This document shows positions 22,554 through 33,173 of a stretch of 64,000 nt of DNA, piece by piece. The notes under the pieces were generated by a model that was not told where the DNA came from, searched no databases, and was given only the letters and a program-made list of their open reading frames with translations. Positions within the stretch are counted from its first letter, which is position 1, and every line of letters begins with the position of its first letter. The translations under genes were made by a program, and so were the position numbers. This stretch comes from an uncultured Actinomyces sp. (lineage in GTDB: Bacteria > Actinomycetota > Actinomycetes > Actinomycetales > Actinomycetaceae), in contig NZ_CAUROW010000008.1 of NCBI RefSeq assembly GCF_963526355.1, positions 4,959 to 68,958 on the forward strand, read 5' to 3'.

Positions 22554-22804
22554 GTCGTCTTCAGCTCCCCGGGGCGGTACTCGGAGTCCGCCTGAGAGCG
22601 TGTTCGGGACGACTCGTCCTCGATCCGCTACAGGTCGTTCTCGGGTCGGCGTAACCATCCGATCCCCGGTCTGGTCCTCGCTGCATCACGTGCAGCGAGG
22701 ACTTTTTTCTGACTGCACGCGAGGACAGTCTGACGAAGTATTGCAATCACTGGTATAGACATGTGAGGACATGCCGGAATTATGATTGTTTATGCAACAT
22801 ATAC

Positions 22805-22819
22805 TTGAGTGTCGCTCAA
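22805..22819. promoter_or_regulatory. Imperfect palindrome, candidate repressor operator (LacI-like) for the sugar ABC operon
   Basis: TTGAGTGTCGCTCAA in the AT-rich promoter region, upstream of a TAGTCT -10-like box. Confidence 0.45.
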
Positions 22820-22927
22820 CTTAGGTCTAGTCTCTTCGTCGAGATCAGATGACCTCCTGTCATTTCTCTTCCTCCGCGGCAACGCTGCCGTGGTCATGAG
22901 ACAACGTCGTTTCTAAGGAGCAGTCCC

Positions 22928-24247
22928 ATGCGTCCCACCCACTACCTCTCCCGCCGCGCTGTGCTGGCGGGGCTGGGAACCACCGCTGTCGCCGCCACCC
23001 TGGCCGCCTGCGCGACCTCAGGCGGCTCCGGCTCGAAGTCGGGCGGCTCTGTCGGCCAGGGGGATGACAGCGAGGTCGACGTCGTCACCTGGTGGTCGGC
23101 CGGGTCGGAGAAGCTCGGCCTGGATGCCCTGGTCAAGGTTTTCAACGAGCAGTTCGCCAAGACGAAGTTCGAGAACAAGGCTGTCTCCGGCGGAGCGGGC
23201 AGCCAGGCCAAGCAGAAGCTGGCGGCCGATCTGGCCGCGAAGAATCCGCCGGACACCTATCAGGCCCACGCCGGTGCCGAGATCAAGGACCACATCGAGG
23301 CCGGCTACCTGCTGGACGTCTCCAGTCTCTACGAGGAGTTCAAGCTCAACGAGGCCTTCCCAGCTGCTCTCATGGACCGTCTCAAGGACTCCGACGGCAA
23401 GATCTACTCGGTGCCCTCCAACATCCACCGGGCTAATGTCGTGTGGGCCTCGGTTCCCGCGCTCAAGGCGGCCGGGCTCGACCCGGCCAAGCCGGCCACC
23501 ACCATCGATGCCTGGATCGCCGACATGGAGAAGGTCAAGGCCGCGGGGCTGACCCCTATCACCATGGGCATGGCCTGGACCCAGCTCGAGCTGCTCGAGA
23601 CCATCCTCATCGCCGACCTGGGGGTGGATGCCTACAACGGACTCTTCGACGGTAAGACCGACTGGGGCGGCGCCGAGGTCACCAAGGCGCTGGATCACTA
23701 CAAGACGATCGTGGGCTACACCGACGCCTCCCTCTACACCGAGGACTGGGAGCCCGCCATGAAGCCCATCATGGATGGCAAGGCCGCCTTCAACGTCATG
23801 GGTGACTGGGCCGTGGCCGGCTTCGATGCCGCCGGCAAGAAGGCCGGAGAGGATTATGTCTACTTCCCGGTCCCGGGCACCGACGGCGTCTTCGACTTCC
23901 TGGCCGACTCCTTCACCCTTCCCGAAGGCGCCAAGCACCCCGGCGGTGCCAAGAACTGGCTCAACGCGATCTCCTCCAAGGACGGCCAGATCGCCTTCAA
24001 TTCCGTCAAGGGCTCGATCCCCGCTCGCACGGACCTCACCGATGAGGAGAAGGGCAAGTTCTCCGAGTACCAGCGCTCGGCCATGGAGTCCTTCGCCAAG
24101 GACAAGATCGTCTCCTCCATCGCCCACGGAGCCGCCCTGCCCGCCAAGGCGACCAACGCGATGAACGATGCTCTGACCAAGTTCGCTCAGGGAGCCTCCG
24201 ACGTCACCGCCCTCCAGGCCGACCTCAAGGCCGCTGCCGCCTCCTGA
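22928..24247 (+). CDS. Sugar ABC transporter substrate-binding lipoprotein (glucose/mannose-type)
   Basis: Tat signal SRRAVL plus lipobox LAAC; VVTWWSAGSE, PPDTYQAHAG, NIHRAN, MGDWA, KGSIPAR. Confidence 0.93.
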   Translation: MRPTHYLSRRAVLAGLGTTAVAATLAACATSGGSGSKSGGSVGQGDDSEVDVVTWWSAGSEKLGLDALVKVFNEQFAKTKFENKAVSGGAGSQAKQKLAADLAAKNPPDTYQAHAGAEIKDHIEAGYLLDVSSLYEEFKLNEAFPAALMDRLKDSDGKIYSVPSNIHRANVVWASVPALKAAGLDPAKPATTIDAWIADMEKVKAAGLTPITMGMAWTQLELLETILIADLGVDAYNGLFDGKTDWGGAEVTKALDHYKTIVGYTDASLYTEDWEPAMKPIMDGKAAFNVMGDWAVAGFDAAGKKAGEDYVYFPVPGTDGVFDFLADSFTLPEGAKHPGGAKNWLNAISSKDGQIAFNSVKGSIPARTDLTDEEKGKFSEYQRSAMESFAKDKIVSSIAHGAALPAKATNAMNDALTKFAQGASDVTALQADLKAAAAS

Positions 24248-24395
24248 CAGGTCCCCCCGGGGTGGGGACGGACCACATGTCCGCTCCGCTCCGCTCCGTT
24301 CCCACCCTCGGGGCCGACCTCCCGCCGATCAGTCGGCCGTCGGTCATCACCACCATCAGCGGATCCTTCCGCCATCAACGCATCAGGAGAACCTC

Positions 24396-25325
24396 GTGAG
24401 CACCAAGACCGCCCCCGTGCGGCGCCGTCGGGCGAGCTGGAAGCAGTGGGGGCCCGGCCTCCTGCTCATCTCGCCCTCAATCCTCCTCGTCGGCGTCTTC
24501 GTCTACGGGATGATCGGAATCAACATCAACACCTCCCTGCTGGACATGCACACCGCGGGACAGGTCTCCGGCCGCAGGGGGACCACCGTCGTCGGGCTGA
24601 GCAACTTCACGGCCCTGTTCGGCAGCCCGGACTTCCGGCACTCCTTCGTCAACCTCATCCTGTTCACCATCACCTTCCTGGCCGGCACCCTCGTGGTCGG
24701 TTTCCTGTGGGCCTGGCTCTTGGACCGCCCCATCAAGGGGGAGGGGATTTTCCGTTCCATCTTCCTGTTCCCCATGGCCGTGTCCTTCGTGGCCTCGGGT
24801 GTGGTGTGGCGGTGGCTGCTCAACTCCGCCCAGGGCGAGCAGGCCTCGGGACTCAACCGCCTCTTCGAGATGACCGGCCTGAGGTTCCTGGAGAACTCAT
24901 GGACCCAGAACACCACCTGGGGCATCCTCGCCATCGCGCTGCCTGCCGTGTGGCAGCTGGCCGGTTATGTCATGGCGCTCTTCCTGGCCGGTTTCCGCGG
25001 CATCCCCGACGACCTGCGCGAGGCGGCCCGGGTCGACGGTGCCAGCGAGTGGCAGCTGTACAAGTCGATCATCTTCCCCCAGCTGACCCCAATCGCCCTG
25101 AGCGCCGTCATCATCATCGGGCACATGTCGCTGAAGTCATTCGACCTCATCATGTCGATCACGGACCAGCGCACCTACTCCACCAAGGTCCCTGCCATCG
25201 ACATGTTCAACTTCATGACGGACAACGACTACTCCAACGCCGCCGCCGTCGGCACGATCCTTCTGGTCCTGGTCGCTATCGCCGTCGTCCCCTACCTTGT
25301 CCACGACGCCAAGGGCAGGAGGTGA
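24396..25325 (+). CDS. Sugar ABC transporter permease
   Basis: EAARVDGASEWQ (EAA loop), FLFPMAVSFV. Confidence 0.94.
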   Translation: MSTKTAPVRRRRASWKQWGPGLLLISPSILLVGVFVYGMIGININTSLLDMHTAGQVSGRRGTTVVGLSNFTALFGSPDFRHSFVNLILFTITFLAGTLVVGFLWAWLLDRPIKGEGIFRSIFLFPMAVSFVASGVVWRWLLNSAQGEQASGLNRLFEMTGLRFLENSWTQNTTWGILAIALPAVWQLAGYVMALFLAGFRGIPDDLREAARVDGASEWQLYKSIIFPQLTPIALSAVIIIGHMSLKSFDLIMSITDQRTYSTKVPAIDMFNFMTDNDYSNAAAVGTILLVLVAIAVVPYLVHDAKGRR

Positions 25326-25331
25326 GCGGCG

Positions 25332-26186
25332 ATGGCACAGACTCTCCCGATGCGCGCCCTGCGCCGTCCTGGTTGGGGCCAGACCGCTCGGTTCATCCTG
25401 TTGCTGGCCTCAGTGGTCCTCGTCCTCATCCCCGTCTACGTCCTGCTGGTCACCTCCTTCAAGGGATCCGCCGACGCCGACCCCTCCCGCACCTGGTTCC
25501 TGCCCGAGGTCTGGGTCACCAAGAACTGGTCCAACGCCTGGAACCAGCTCAGTGGCGGGCTGCTGCGCTCGCTGGCCCTGGTCATCCCCTCCTCGATCAT
25601 CTCGGCGATGCTGGGAAGCGCCAATGGCTTCGTCCTGTCCAAGTGGCGCTTCCCCGGTGCCAACGCGGTCTTCACCCTCATCCTGTTCGGTATGTTCATC
25701 CCCTACCAGGCCGTCATGATCCCACTCATGCGGCTGATGACCAGCGCCGAGGTGGGGTTCGGGATCCATACACTGATCCTCATGCACGTGGTCTACGGCA
25801 TCCCGATCACGACTCTCATCTTCCGCAACTACTACGAGACCATTCCGAACGAGCTCATTGAGGCCGCGAGGGTCGATGGGGCCGGCATGCTGCGCACCTA
25901 CGCATCGGTGGTCCTGCCGATCTCGGTTCCCAGCTTCGTTGTCGTCCTCATCTGGCAGTTCACCTCCGCCTGGAATGACTTCCTGTTCGCCCTGTTCTTC
26001 GGCGGAGGGGCGCAGTCCGGGCCGGTGACGCTGGCACTCAACAACCTGGCCCACGGATCGATCCTGGCCGACTACGGGGCCTCCATGTCCGGCGCCCTGA
26101 TCGCCTCAGTGCCCACGTTGGTGGTCTACATCCTGCTGGGCAAGTACTTCGTCGGAGGGCTCATGGCCGGATCGGTCAAGGGCTGA
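25332..26186 (+). CDS. Sugar ABC transporter permease
   Basis: ELIEAARVDGAG, WNDFLF, GLMAGSVKG. Confidence 0.94.
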   Translation: MAQTLPMRALRRPGWGQTARFILLLASVVLVLIPVYVLLVTSFKGSADADPSRTWFLPEVWVTKNWSNAWNQLSGGLLRSLALVIPSSIISAMLGSANGFVLSKWRFPGANAVFTLILFGMFIPYQAVMIPLMRLMTSAEVGFGIHTLILMHVVYGIPITTLIFRNYYETIPNELIEAARVDGAGMLRTYASVVLPISVPSFVVVLIWQFTSAWNDFLFALFFGGGAQSGPVTLALNNLAHGSILADYGASMSGALIASVPTLVVYILLGKYFVGGLMAGSVKG

Positions 26187-26240
26187 GGACGGCCCGATCT
26201 TCCGATCCGGCTCTCGCGGGGCTCGTAGGACCCGCCATCG

Positions 26241-26281
26241 CATCCGGCTCCCATCCCCGGCTTGGGGACGGGAGCCGGATG
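26241..26281. terminator. GC-rich hairpin after the sugar ABC operon
   Basis: CATCCGGCTCCC-A-TCCCC...GGGGA-C-GGGAGCCGGATG inverted repeat. Confidence 0.65.
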
Positions 26282-26296
26282 TGATGTGATCGGGGC

Positions 26297-26587
26297 ATGG
26301 CACGCCGCAGATCCAAGCGCCCTTACGGGCAGGGGCACATTCCCCTGAGCATGGACCGCCTCGCCTCCGTGCCGCGCACCCAGACCGGTCCCGGTGGGGC
26401 CGACTTCACTGTGCGCTATCTGCGCGGCGGGGATAAGTCGTACACCTGCCCCGGCTGCCACCACGTCATCCCCGCCGGCACTGCGCACGTGGTGGCTTGG
26501 ACCAACGAGTCCCTCTTCGGAGCCGACCGTGGCCTGGAGGAACGCCGTCACTGGCACACCTCCTGCTGGGAGCGTCGTCTCTGGTAG
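26297..26587 (+). CDS. Conserved small actinobacterial Cys/His (putative Zn-binding) protein
   Basis: KSYTCPGC..I..GTAHVVAW...RRHWHTSCW. Confidence 0.85.
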   Translation: MARRRSKRPYGQGHIPLSMDRLASVPRTQTGPGGADFTVRYLRGGDKSYTCPGCHHVIPAGTAHVVAWTNESLFGADRGLEERRHWHTSCWERRLW

Positions 26588-26623
26588 ACGAGCGGGAAAA
26601 TGGGGCAGCGACACGCTTGCGGG

Positions 26624-27124
26624 TCACACGAGCGGCTCCGGGGCACGCCCCTCCCAGCCCGGTAGCAGACGGTTCAAGGCGAACCGTAGCGGTACGATGT
26701 CGCCGTCGCGCCCGCCCTCGCCGATGGTCATCGGCACCGGTTGACTTTCGGGCCTGACCCCGCGCAGGCGCTGGCTCAGGCTCAGCGGCATCGACAGGAT
26801 GTAGAACCGTCCCTCCGTGTCGATGCCGACGGTTCCATCAGACCGCAGGTACCAACCGTGCAACGGGGTGCGGGCGGTTCCACCGGAGTAGCCGCGCACC
26901 CGTAGCGGCACCGCCTCCAGGCCGTCGTTGCGAGCCACCTGGAGGAAGAGATCGACGATACGGGCAGCTCGGGCGTACTCGGCGTTCTGGCGCTCTTGAA
27001 GCATGCGCGCCCGTTGACCGGCGGCCTGACGGCGTGACTCCGCCCAGCCGGAGTCATCGGAGTCATCAGAACCGGCGGTACTGGATGCCTCGTTCCCGAA
27101 CCGGGCGTCGTCGACGGCTGTCAT
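26624..27124 (-). CDS. Hypothetical protein
   Basis: C-terminal part of the 26624..27865 ORF from MTAVDD; globular-looking (GWYLRSDG, IGEGGRDGD); ATG lies 10 nt after the upstream stop. Confidence 0.75.
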   Translation of the reverse strand: MTAVDDARFGNEASSTAGSDDSDDSGWAESRRQAAGQRARMLQERQNAEYARAARIVDLFLQVARNDGLEAVPLRVRGYSGGTARTPLHGWYLRSDGTVGIDTEGRFYILSMPLSLSQRLRGVRPESQPVPMTIGEGGRDGDIVPLRFALNRLLPGWEGRAPEPLV

Positions 27125-27134
27125 TGATCGGTGC

Positions 27135-28778
27135 TCAGCGGCGCCCCTTGCCCTGGCGGGAACTGCGGTTGCCGGCGCTGCCGGACCCGCCCGAGCTCCT
27201 CGGAGGAGGAACGTTCTCGAGGCGGCCGGCGCCACCCTTGTGGGTGTTCTTCGGGGCTGACTGCGCTTCCGTCCGCCGGCCACCGCCCGGGGCCGTACTG
27301 TTCTTGTTCCCGGCGGGCGTCGAGGCGGAGGTGGCCGACGGTGCCGAGGCAGTCGATGTGGCTGATGTGGCGGATGCCGCCGATGCGGCGGAGTTGTTCT
27401 CGCTGCCGGCTGTGTCGGCGCTGCTGCCGGCGGCCGGCGCCGAGGCGGCAGAGGACCGCTCCTGCACAGGCTCCTGCGCGTCCGGGGACAGGGGTGAGAC
27501 ATGGTCATTGAAGACTGGTGCCTGGGGCAGGACGCCGCCCAGGACGCCTCGCATCTCCGCGAGGTAGGCCGAGACCGAGTCGCGCTGGCGTTCGAGCTCC
27601 TCGAGCTGACGGGCGGAGACCTGGGCGGTGACGTCGGCATCGGCCTGGGCGTCGCCGATGATCTGCTCGGCCTCGATCCGGGCCTGGGCCAGGGTCTCCT
27701 CGGCCTGGGCAATGGCCTCCTCCTGACGCTTGCGAGCCTCGGCGTCGGTGCGAGCGCGTACCTCCTCGGCTCGCGAGAGTGCTTCCTGGAGGCGTTCCTC
27801 GGCCTCTTGCGCCTGGATCTGAGCCTGCTCCTGCATCTCCCGGATGCGTTCGCGGGCGGCCTCATGGGCGTCGGAGTCCTCTTGGGCAGCCTGTTCGTGC
27901 GCGGCGGCGATCTCCAAGGTGGCCTGCTGACGCAGCTCGGTGGCTTCTGAGCGGGCGGCGGCCGCCTCGTCGGCGGCCGAGCGGCGCAGAGTCTCGGACT
28001 CGTTGCGCGCGGCAGTGAGGATGTCCTCGGCCTCGCGCTGCGCCTTGCCGACGGTCAGCTCGGCCTCCTGCTTGGCGGCCGAGAGAATCTCCTCGGCTTT
28101 TGCCGAGGAGGTCTTGTGCAGCTCGTCGGCCTCGGCGGCAGCGGCTTCGCGGTTGGCGGTCGCGTCGCGCTCGGAGGTGATGGCGATCTCGGCGGCCTGC
28201 TTGCGTGCCTGGGACAGGACTAGTGCGGCCTCTCGTTCGGCGGAGGCACGTAGTTCGGTAACGGCCGCCTCGGAGTCGGCGGAGATCTGAGCCGCCTTGC
28301 GCGAGGCGGAGGAGACGAGCTCCTGGGCACGGGCCTCGGCGTTGGCCAGCGCGGTGGAGGCCTCTCCCTGGGAACGGGAACGCAGTTCGCTGGCCTCGCG
28401 ACGAGCGTCGGCGAGCAGGGTCGCCGCCTCCGAGGCACTTCGCTCGGAGAGGTTCTTGGCGTTGGTACGGGTGCGGGTCAGCAGGGCATCCGCCTCGGCG
28501 TTGGCCTTGGAGAGCACCGAGGCGCTCTGCTCCTCGGCGCTGCGCAGGAGCTGCTCGATCCGTGAGCCCAGGCCGGCGTAGGTCGGTTTGTCGGACTCCC
28601 GCAGTTTGCGCTGGGTGTCGGCCAGCTCGCCGGCCAGCGTCATGGCGCGCTGATCGAGGCTGGCGACCTCACGACGGGCGTCGGCCAGCTGGCGCGAGAG
28701 CTGCTCCAGTTTCCGGTCGACCTGAGCGCGGTCGTAACCGCGCATTGTGATAGCAAACTCGCTGTATTCCTCAGCCAC
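27135..28778 (-). CDS. FilP/DivIVA-like coiled-coil cytoskeletal protein
   Basis: FAITMRGYDRAQVD DivIVA motif, PTYAGLGSRIEQLLRSAEEQ FilP-like motif, long Ala/Glu coiled coil; GTG after AGGAGGAGG. Confidence 0.85.
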   Translation of the reverse strand: MAEEYSEFAITMRGYDRAQVDRKLEQLSRQLADARREVASLDQRAMTLAGELADTQRKLRESDKPTYAGLGSRIEQLLRSAEEQSASVLSKANAEADALLTRTRTNAKNLSERSASEAATLLADARREASELRSRSQGEASTALANAEARAQELVSSASRKAAQISADSEAAVTELRASAEREAALVLSQARKQAAEIAITSERDATANREAAAAEADELHKTSSAKAEEILSAAKQEAELTVGKAQREAEDILTAARNESETLRRSAADEAAAARSEATELRQQATLEIAAAHEQAAQEDSDAHEAARERIREMQEQAQIQAQEAEERLQEALSRAEEVRARTDAEARKRQEEAIAQAEETLAQARIEAEQIIGDAQADADVTAQVSARQLEELERQRDSVSAYLAEMRGVLGGVLPQAPVFNDHVSPLSPDAQEPVQERSSAASAPAAGSSADTAGSENNSAASAASATSATSTASAPSATSASTPAGNKNSTAPGGGRRTEAQSAPKNTHKGGAGRLENVPPPRSSGGSGSAGNRSSRQGKGRR

Positions 28779-29232
28779 GTCGGGTTCCTCCTCCTGGCGA
28801 GCCGGGGACGCTCGCCGCTGGCCCAAGAGTAACGATTGGGTATGATCGGGACGGCGGTCACGAAAGAGTGACGATATGCACAATCTAGCAGGTGAAGCTT
28901 CTGTTTCGAGCGGTCTGGTCGGGATAGCCGAGGATCTGACGGATACAGGCCGATCGTGGCATGCCGTTTCTCCGACCGTTCATCCGGCTCCTTGTGGGGA
29001 ACGAGTTGCCGCTTGGTGCTAGGGCACGACCTTTTCTGCTGGCGAGGAGGCGGGAGAGATCGCTTCGCTCAGCGCGTGTGTCACTGTGATTTTGCGCTGA
29101 GGTCGGTGCGGCCGCGGGGTCCGTCGTGCGATTCTGGTGTGTGTCGAGCACCTGGTGAGTGCTCACAGCGACGGTCTGCGCCTGCAGTTGGCCGTCGCCA
29201 ACCGTGTCCGCGAGCAATAGGAGACCCGCGTC

Positions 29233-30987
29233 GTGACTCGACGTATCTTGAGCGTGGCGGTGACCGTCCTCGGGCTGGTCCTCATCGTCCTGGCTGTCTG
29301 TTCGGCCACCATCTGGAAACCCAGCTCCAAGGTTGAGGCGACGCTGTCCTCCGGTCCTTCCCAGCCCTACGTCATCACCGCGCCCGGGGTCTTGAGCGGC
29401 GCGGACTCCGATATCACCGTGACCGCGAAGTCCTCGGGAGGCAAGGACGTCCACCTCTTCGTGGCCCGTGCGGCCGACGTCGAGGCCTGGTTGAGCCCCG
29501 ACGCCGACAATGCGCTTCCCTACACGGTGGTCACCGGTGTTGACGCCGATGCCGGAACTCTGTCCTCCAGGGATGAGACCCAGTACTGCCCTGCTCCGTC
29601 AGCGACCCCGACGCCCTCCGCCGCGGCGCAGGAGGCGCAGTCCTCCGCCTCCGCCCAGAGCAGCGCATCATCGCCTGCCTCAGGGGCCCGGTGCTCGCAG
29701 CGTAAAGCGAGTGCTGTGAGTGCTTCTGGTTCCGATCTCTGGCTGGGAGAGAAGGCCGGCGGCTCCTCGGTCACCTTCAACACTGCTGAGGCCGCCGACC
29801 GTGCGCTGCTGCCGCGCAAGAACGTCGACGAGCAGATCGTCGTCATGGCGATGACCGACGGCGAGGCCCAGGCGCCCAACCTGACTATGAGCTGGTCACG
29901 GCAGGTGGAGACACCCTGGTACTTCTACGGTGGCCTGGTCCTGGGAGGCTTGCTCGTGCTGGCGGGTGTCTTCCTGTTCTTCATCGATCTCCAGCTGCGT
30001 CGCTCCGACTCCGAGCGGAGGACCCGTGCGGCTGAGCGCGCGGCTCGCATCGCCAACGCGGACGGCGTCTCCACTGAGGGCATCCCCCAGGTGGATGATC
30101 CCGACCGGCAGCTGACCCGCCGGGAGCTGAGAGACAAGGAGCGTGCCGAGGCCGCCGGGGAGGCGTGGACGGACCCGCGAACAGGGCGTGTCTACCTGGA
30201 TGGTGTTGTGGCGTCCTCTGTTCCCCAGGCGTCTGAGACGCTTCGCGATGGCGGCTTCGATGATGGCGTCATGTGGCAGGAGGGCGAGGACCATGCGGTC
30301 GCGGGTGTCGCCCGAGGGGCTGCGGTCGTTCCCGGTCTGGATGAGGCGGCCACCCAGCAGTACCGGGCCGCGCGCGCACTCGAGGATGATGGCGAGGCTC
30401 TGATGATCGCCTCGGACGAAACCGACGTATTAGGTACCCACCGACTCACCGAGGAGCCGGCCCACCCCGACCCCTTGAGCCGTCATGACCATGTGGTCCC
30501 GGACGGAGACATCGCCCCTGATGCGACCGACGACGTCGAGAACTCCTCTGACCTGTCACACGCGTTCCCGCAGGATCACCCCGGCAGCGACGTGATCGGT
30601 GAGGCAGGCGACGAGCGGGTATTCGACGGGCGTACGGCGGAGTTCACCGATCTGACGACGGTGGTTCCGGCCCAGGACGCGGATCCCTGGGCGACCACCG
30701 GGTCCGAGCCCCAAGATGCGCAGTCCTGGCCTGCGGCGGAGCAGCCGCGCCCGGAGGCGACCGTCGCGCCGCAGGGCCCGACTACCGAGAAGGCGGAGGA
30801 GACTTTCTTCGCCGTCACCGCCTCCGCGGACTCCTCCGCGACGTCGACGACGATGTCATGGCCCAACTACTCGGGCGGCGTCGAACTGCCTCCCGCCGTT
30901 GACCCGGCCGCCATCCAGGCGGCAGACGCCGAGCCTCTCGGCGAGCCCGATCCCACTGCGGACCCCGACAACCAGGAGCACGCATGA
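29233..30987 (+). CDS. Membrane protein with acidic low-complexity C-terminal tail
   Basis: N-terminal TM, ATIWKP motif, second TM near aa 230-250, D/E/P-rich tail; AGGAG RBS. Confidence 0.8.
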   Translation: MTRRILSVAVTVLGLVLIVLAVCSATIWKPSSKVEATLSSGPSQPYVITAPGVLSGADSDITVTAKSSGGKDVHLFVARAADVEAWLSPDADNALPYTVVTGVDADAGTLSSRDETQYCPAPSATPTPSAAAQEAQSSASAQSSASSPASGARCSQRKASAVSASGSDLWLGEKAGGSSVTFNTAEAADRALLPRKNVDEQIVVMAMTDGEAQAPNLTMSWSRQVETPWYFYGGLVLGGLLVLAGVFLFFIDLQLRRSDSERRTRAAERAARIANADGVSTEGIPQVDDPDRQLTRRELRDKERAEAAGEAWTDPRTGRVYLDGVVASSVPQASETLRDGGFDDGVMWQEGEDHAVAGVARGAAVVPGLDEAATQQYRAARALEDDGEALMIASDETDVLGTHRLTEEPAHPDPLSRHDHVVPDGDIAPDATDDVENSSDLSHAFPQDHPGSDVIGEAGDERVFDGRTAEFTDLTTVVPAQDADPWATTGSEPQDAQSWPAAEQPRPEATVAPQGPTTEKAEETFFAVTASADSSATSTTMSWPNYSGGVELPPAVDPAAIQAADAEPLGEPDPTADPDNQEHA

Positions 30988-32030
30988 AGTCCACCCGTCG
31001 AGCCTTTCTCAGTGCAGGCGGTGCCTCCGCCCTCGCCCTGGGGCTGACCGCCTGCTCGAAGTCCCAGCCGAAGCCTGGCCAGACCCTCGCCTCTGGCACC
31101 CCGATCGCCGAGCCCGTCCTCAACGACAAACAGCTCGATGACATCCTCCAACGCGTCCAGGCCGGTTTGGACGACGCGGACAAGGAGAAGAACGCGGACA
31201 AGCTCAAGGAGGTCCTGTCCGGCCCCGCGGCCCGGATCCGCGCAGCCGAGTACGCCACGGCCTCCGCCAGCGGGAGTAACGACTATATCCACCCCCTGTC
31301 CACCAAGAGTCAAGGCGGGGGCGTGGGGCAGACCGTGGGATTCCCCCGCAACGCCGCCGTCGCCTCCGAGGGCGCCAGCCCCTCGATCCTGTCCCTGGAG
31401 CAGAACTCGGCCCGCGACCAGTTCAAGGTATGGGCCTGGGTACAGGGATTCTCGGTGCAGAAAAGCATTCCTGTTCTGACAAAGCAGACGGCCCAGCGCG
31501 CCAAGCAGGTGACCGCCGACTCCGCCGGTCTGGTCTCCACCCCTCAGGCGGTGCTCGCCGCCTATGTTGATGCACTCAACAACCCCGAGGGCGAGAACGG
31601 CAAGGCCTTTCCGGATGACCTGCTGCGCCAGAAGATCCAGGCCACCCGTGCCACCAATCTCAACTCCCTGGGTGAGGTCACTGTGACGGCCGCCGCCGGC
31701 TCGGATGGGTTCCAGGGCCTCCAGCTGGAGGAGGGCGACGGCGGGGCGCTCGTCTTCACGACCCTGACCTACACGGTTGTCTACAAGCGCACGGTCGACG
31801 GTTCCGACCTCACCCTGCAGGGTGATGTCGCTGCTCTCATGGGCGGTAACCAGAAGATCGTCGGTACGGTCACCGCAACCTACGACTCCATGGTCGCCTT
31901 CGCCATCCCCAAGGAGGGAAGCGGTGAAACGGCTGCGATTCTGGGAGCCGAGACAGCGCTGATGAAGGTCGACCGGGACGATTCCCAGGCACCGGCCCCG
32001 ACGGCGCCGGCCTCAACCAGGCCGTCCTAA
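30984..32030 (+). CDS. Tat-exported lipoprotein of unknown function
   Basis: TRRAFL plus LTAC lipobox; ATGA overlap with the previous gene. Confidence 0.8.
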   Translation: MKSTRRAFLSAGGASALALGLTACSKSQPKPGQTLASGTPIAEPVLNDKQLDDILQRVQAGLDDADKEKNADKLKEVLSGPAARIRAAEYATASASGSNDYIHPLSTKSQGGGVGQTVGFPRNAAVASEGASPSILSLEQNSARDQFKVWAWVQGFSVQKSIPVLTKQTAQRAKQVTADSAGLVSTPQAVLAAYVDALNNPEGENGKAFPDDLLRQKIQATRATNLNSLGEVTVTAAAGSDGFQGLQLEEGDGGALVFTTLTYTVVYKRTVDGSDLTLQGDVAALMGGNQKIVGTVTATYDSMVAFAIPKEGSGETAAILGAETALMKVDRDDSQAPAPTAPASTRPS

Positions 32031-32185
32031 GCGTCGCCCACTCTCGGCCTGTCTCCGCGACCGTTTCGAGGCTGGGGGCGGCGCTCCCGAGCGCTCACCC
32101 GTGCACGACGCCTCTGATAGGGCCGATCACTCAATGACTCCGACCACTGAAGCAACCGGGCCGCGGCCCGAGGAAGGCAGCTGCC

Positions 32186-33145
32186 ATGAGCATGTTCGGC
32201 GCCGTCGACCTGTCCACTCTCGCTCCCCACGCCAAGTCGATGAATCCTGCCAGTGGAGCCGCGGGCTCGGCCTCGCGTGGTGCTTCGGCCCCCGCCTCAG
32301 GATCTGCTGGTAGTGGGCTGCCGGTGCCACTCGTGGTCGACGTCGATGCCTCCAGTCTGCGTGATGTCGCAGAGGTCTCCACCCGGGTGCCCGTCATCGT
32401 CGTCCTGCACAGCCCACGCAGCCAGGCCAGTGCCGACCTCGCGGCCGACTTGGAGAACCTGGCCGGGCAGTACGGCGGACGCTTCCAGGTGGCGCGCGTA
32501 GATGTTGATGCCGCCCCGGAGGTCGCCCAGGCGCTTCAAGCACAGGCCGTTCCCACAGTGATGGCCCTTGTCGCTGGTCAGCCGGTGCCCATGTTCCAGG
32601 GCTCGGTTCCTCAGGAGCAGCTGCGCTCGATCATCGACCAGCTGTTGGAGGTCGCGGCCGCCAATGGCGTCAGTGGAACCATTGCCGTCGACGCCGCGGC
32701 CGGTGCCGACTCGCGGGCCGAGGAACCGGAGGAGACCGAGGTCGAGCGCGCCGCCCGGGAGGCCATTGAGGTCGGTGACTTCGCTGCCGCCGAGGAGGTC
32801 TACACCCATGCCATCGCGCAGAACCCGAGCGACGACGACCTCAAGGTGGCCCGTAGCCAGGTGCGCCTCATGGCCCGGCTGGACGGCCAGGACCCCCACG
32901 AGCTGATCGCCGCGGCCGATGCAGCCCCGACCGACCTCGAGGCGGCTCTGGCCGGGGCAGACGCGGCCCTGGCCCTCGGCGAGGTCAACGCCTCTCTCGG
33001 CCGGGCCCTGGAGGCCGTGCGCACCCATCAGGGGGAGGAGCGTGAGAGTGCCCGCCTGCGTCTGCTCGAGCTTTTCGAGATCATCGGATCCACCTCCCCG
33101 GAGGTGGCCCAGGCCCGCCGCCGTCTGGCCTCCCTGCTCTACTGA
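32186..33145 (+). CDS. Thioredoxin-like/TPR co-chaperone (YbbN/CnoX-like), no CxxC
   Basis: GAVDLS, VARVDVD, QAVPTV, RLLELF...ARRRLASLLY; HSPRS in place of CxxC. Confidence 0.88.
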   Translation: MSMFGAVDLSTLAPHAKSMNPASGAAGSASRGASAPASGSAGSGLPVPLVVDVDASSLRDVAEVSTRVPVIVVLHSPRSQASADLAADLENLAGQYGGRFQVARVDVDAAPEVAQALQAQAVPTVMALVAGQPVPMFQGSVPQEQLRSIIDQLLEVAAANGVSGTIAVDAAAGADSRAEEPEETEVERAAREAIEVGDFAAAEEVYTHAIAQNPSDDDLKVARSQVRLMARLDGQDPHELIAAADAAPTDLEAALAGADAALALGEVNASLGRALEAVRTHQGEERESARLRLLELFEIIGSTSPEVAQARRRLASLLY

Positions 33146-33173
33146 GCGCCTGTACCGACGGCCCCGACAGACA

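Noticed and set aside
28780..29232. tRNA or known ncRNA in the divergent intergenic region
   Set aside because: Only isolated hairpins (CTCAGCGC..GCGCTGAG, GAGCAC..GTGCTC); no cloverleaf with a correctly placed T-loop
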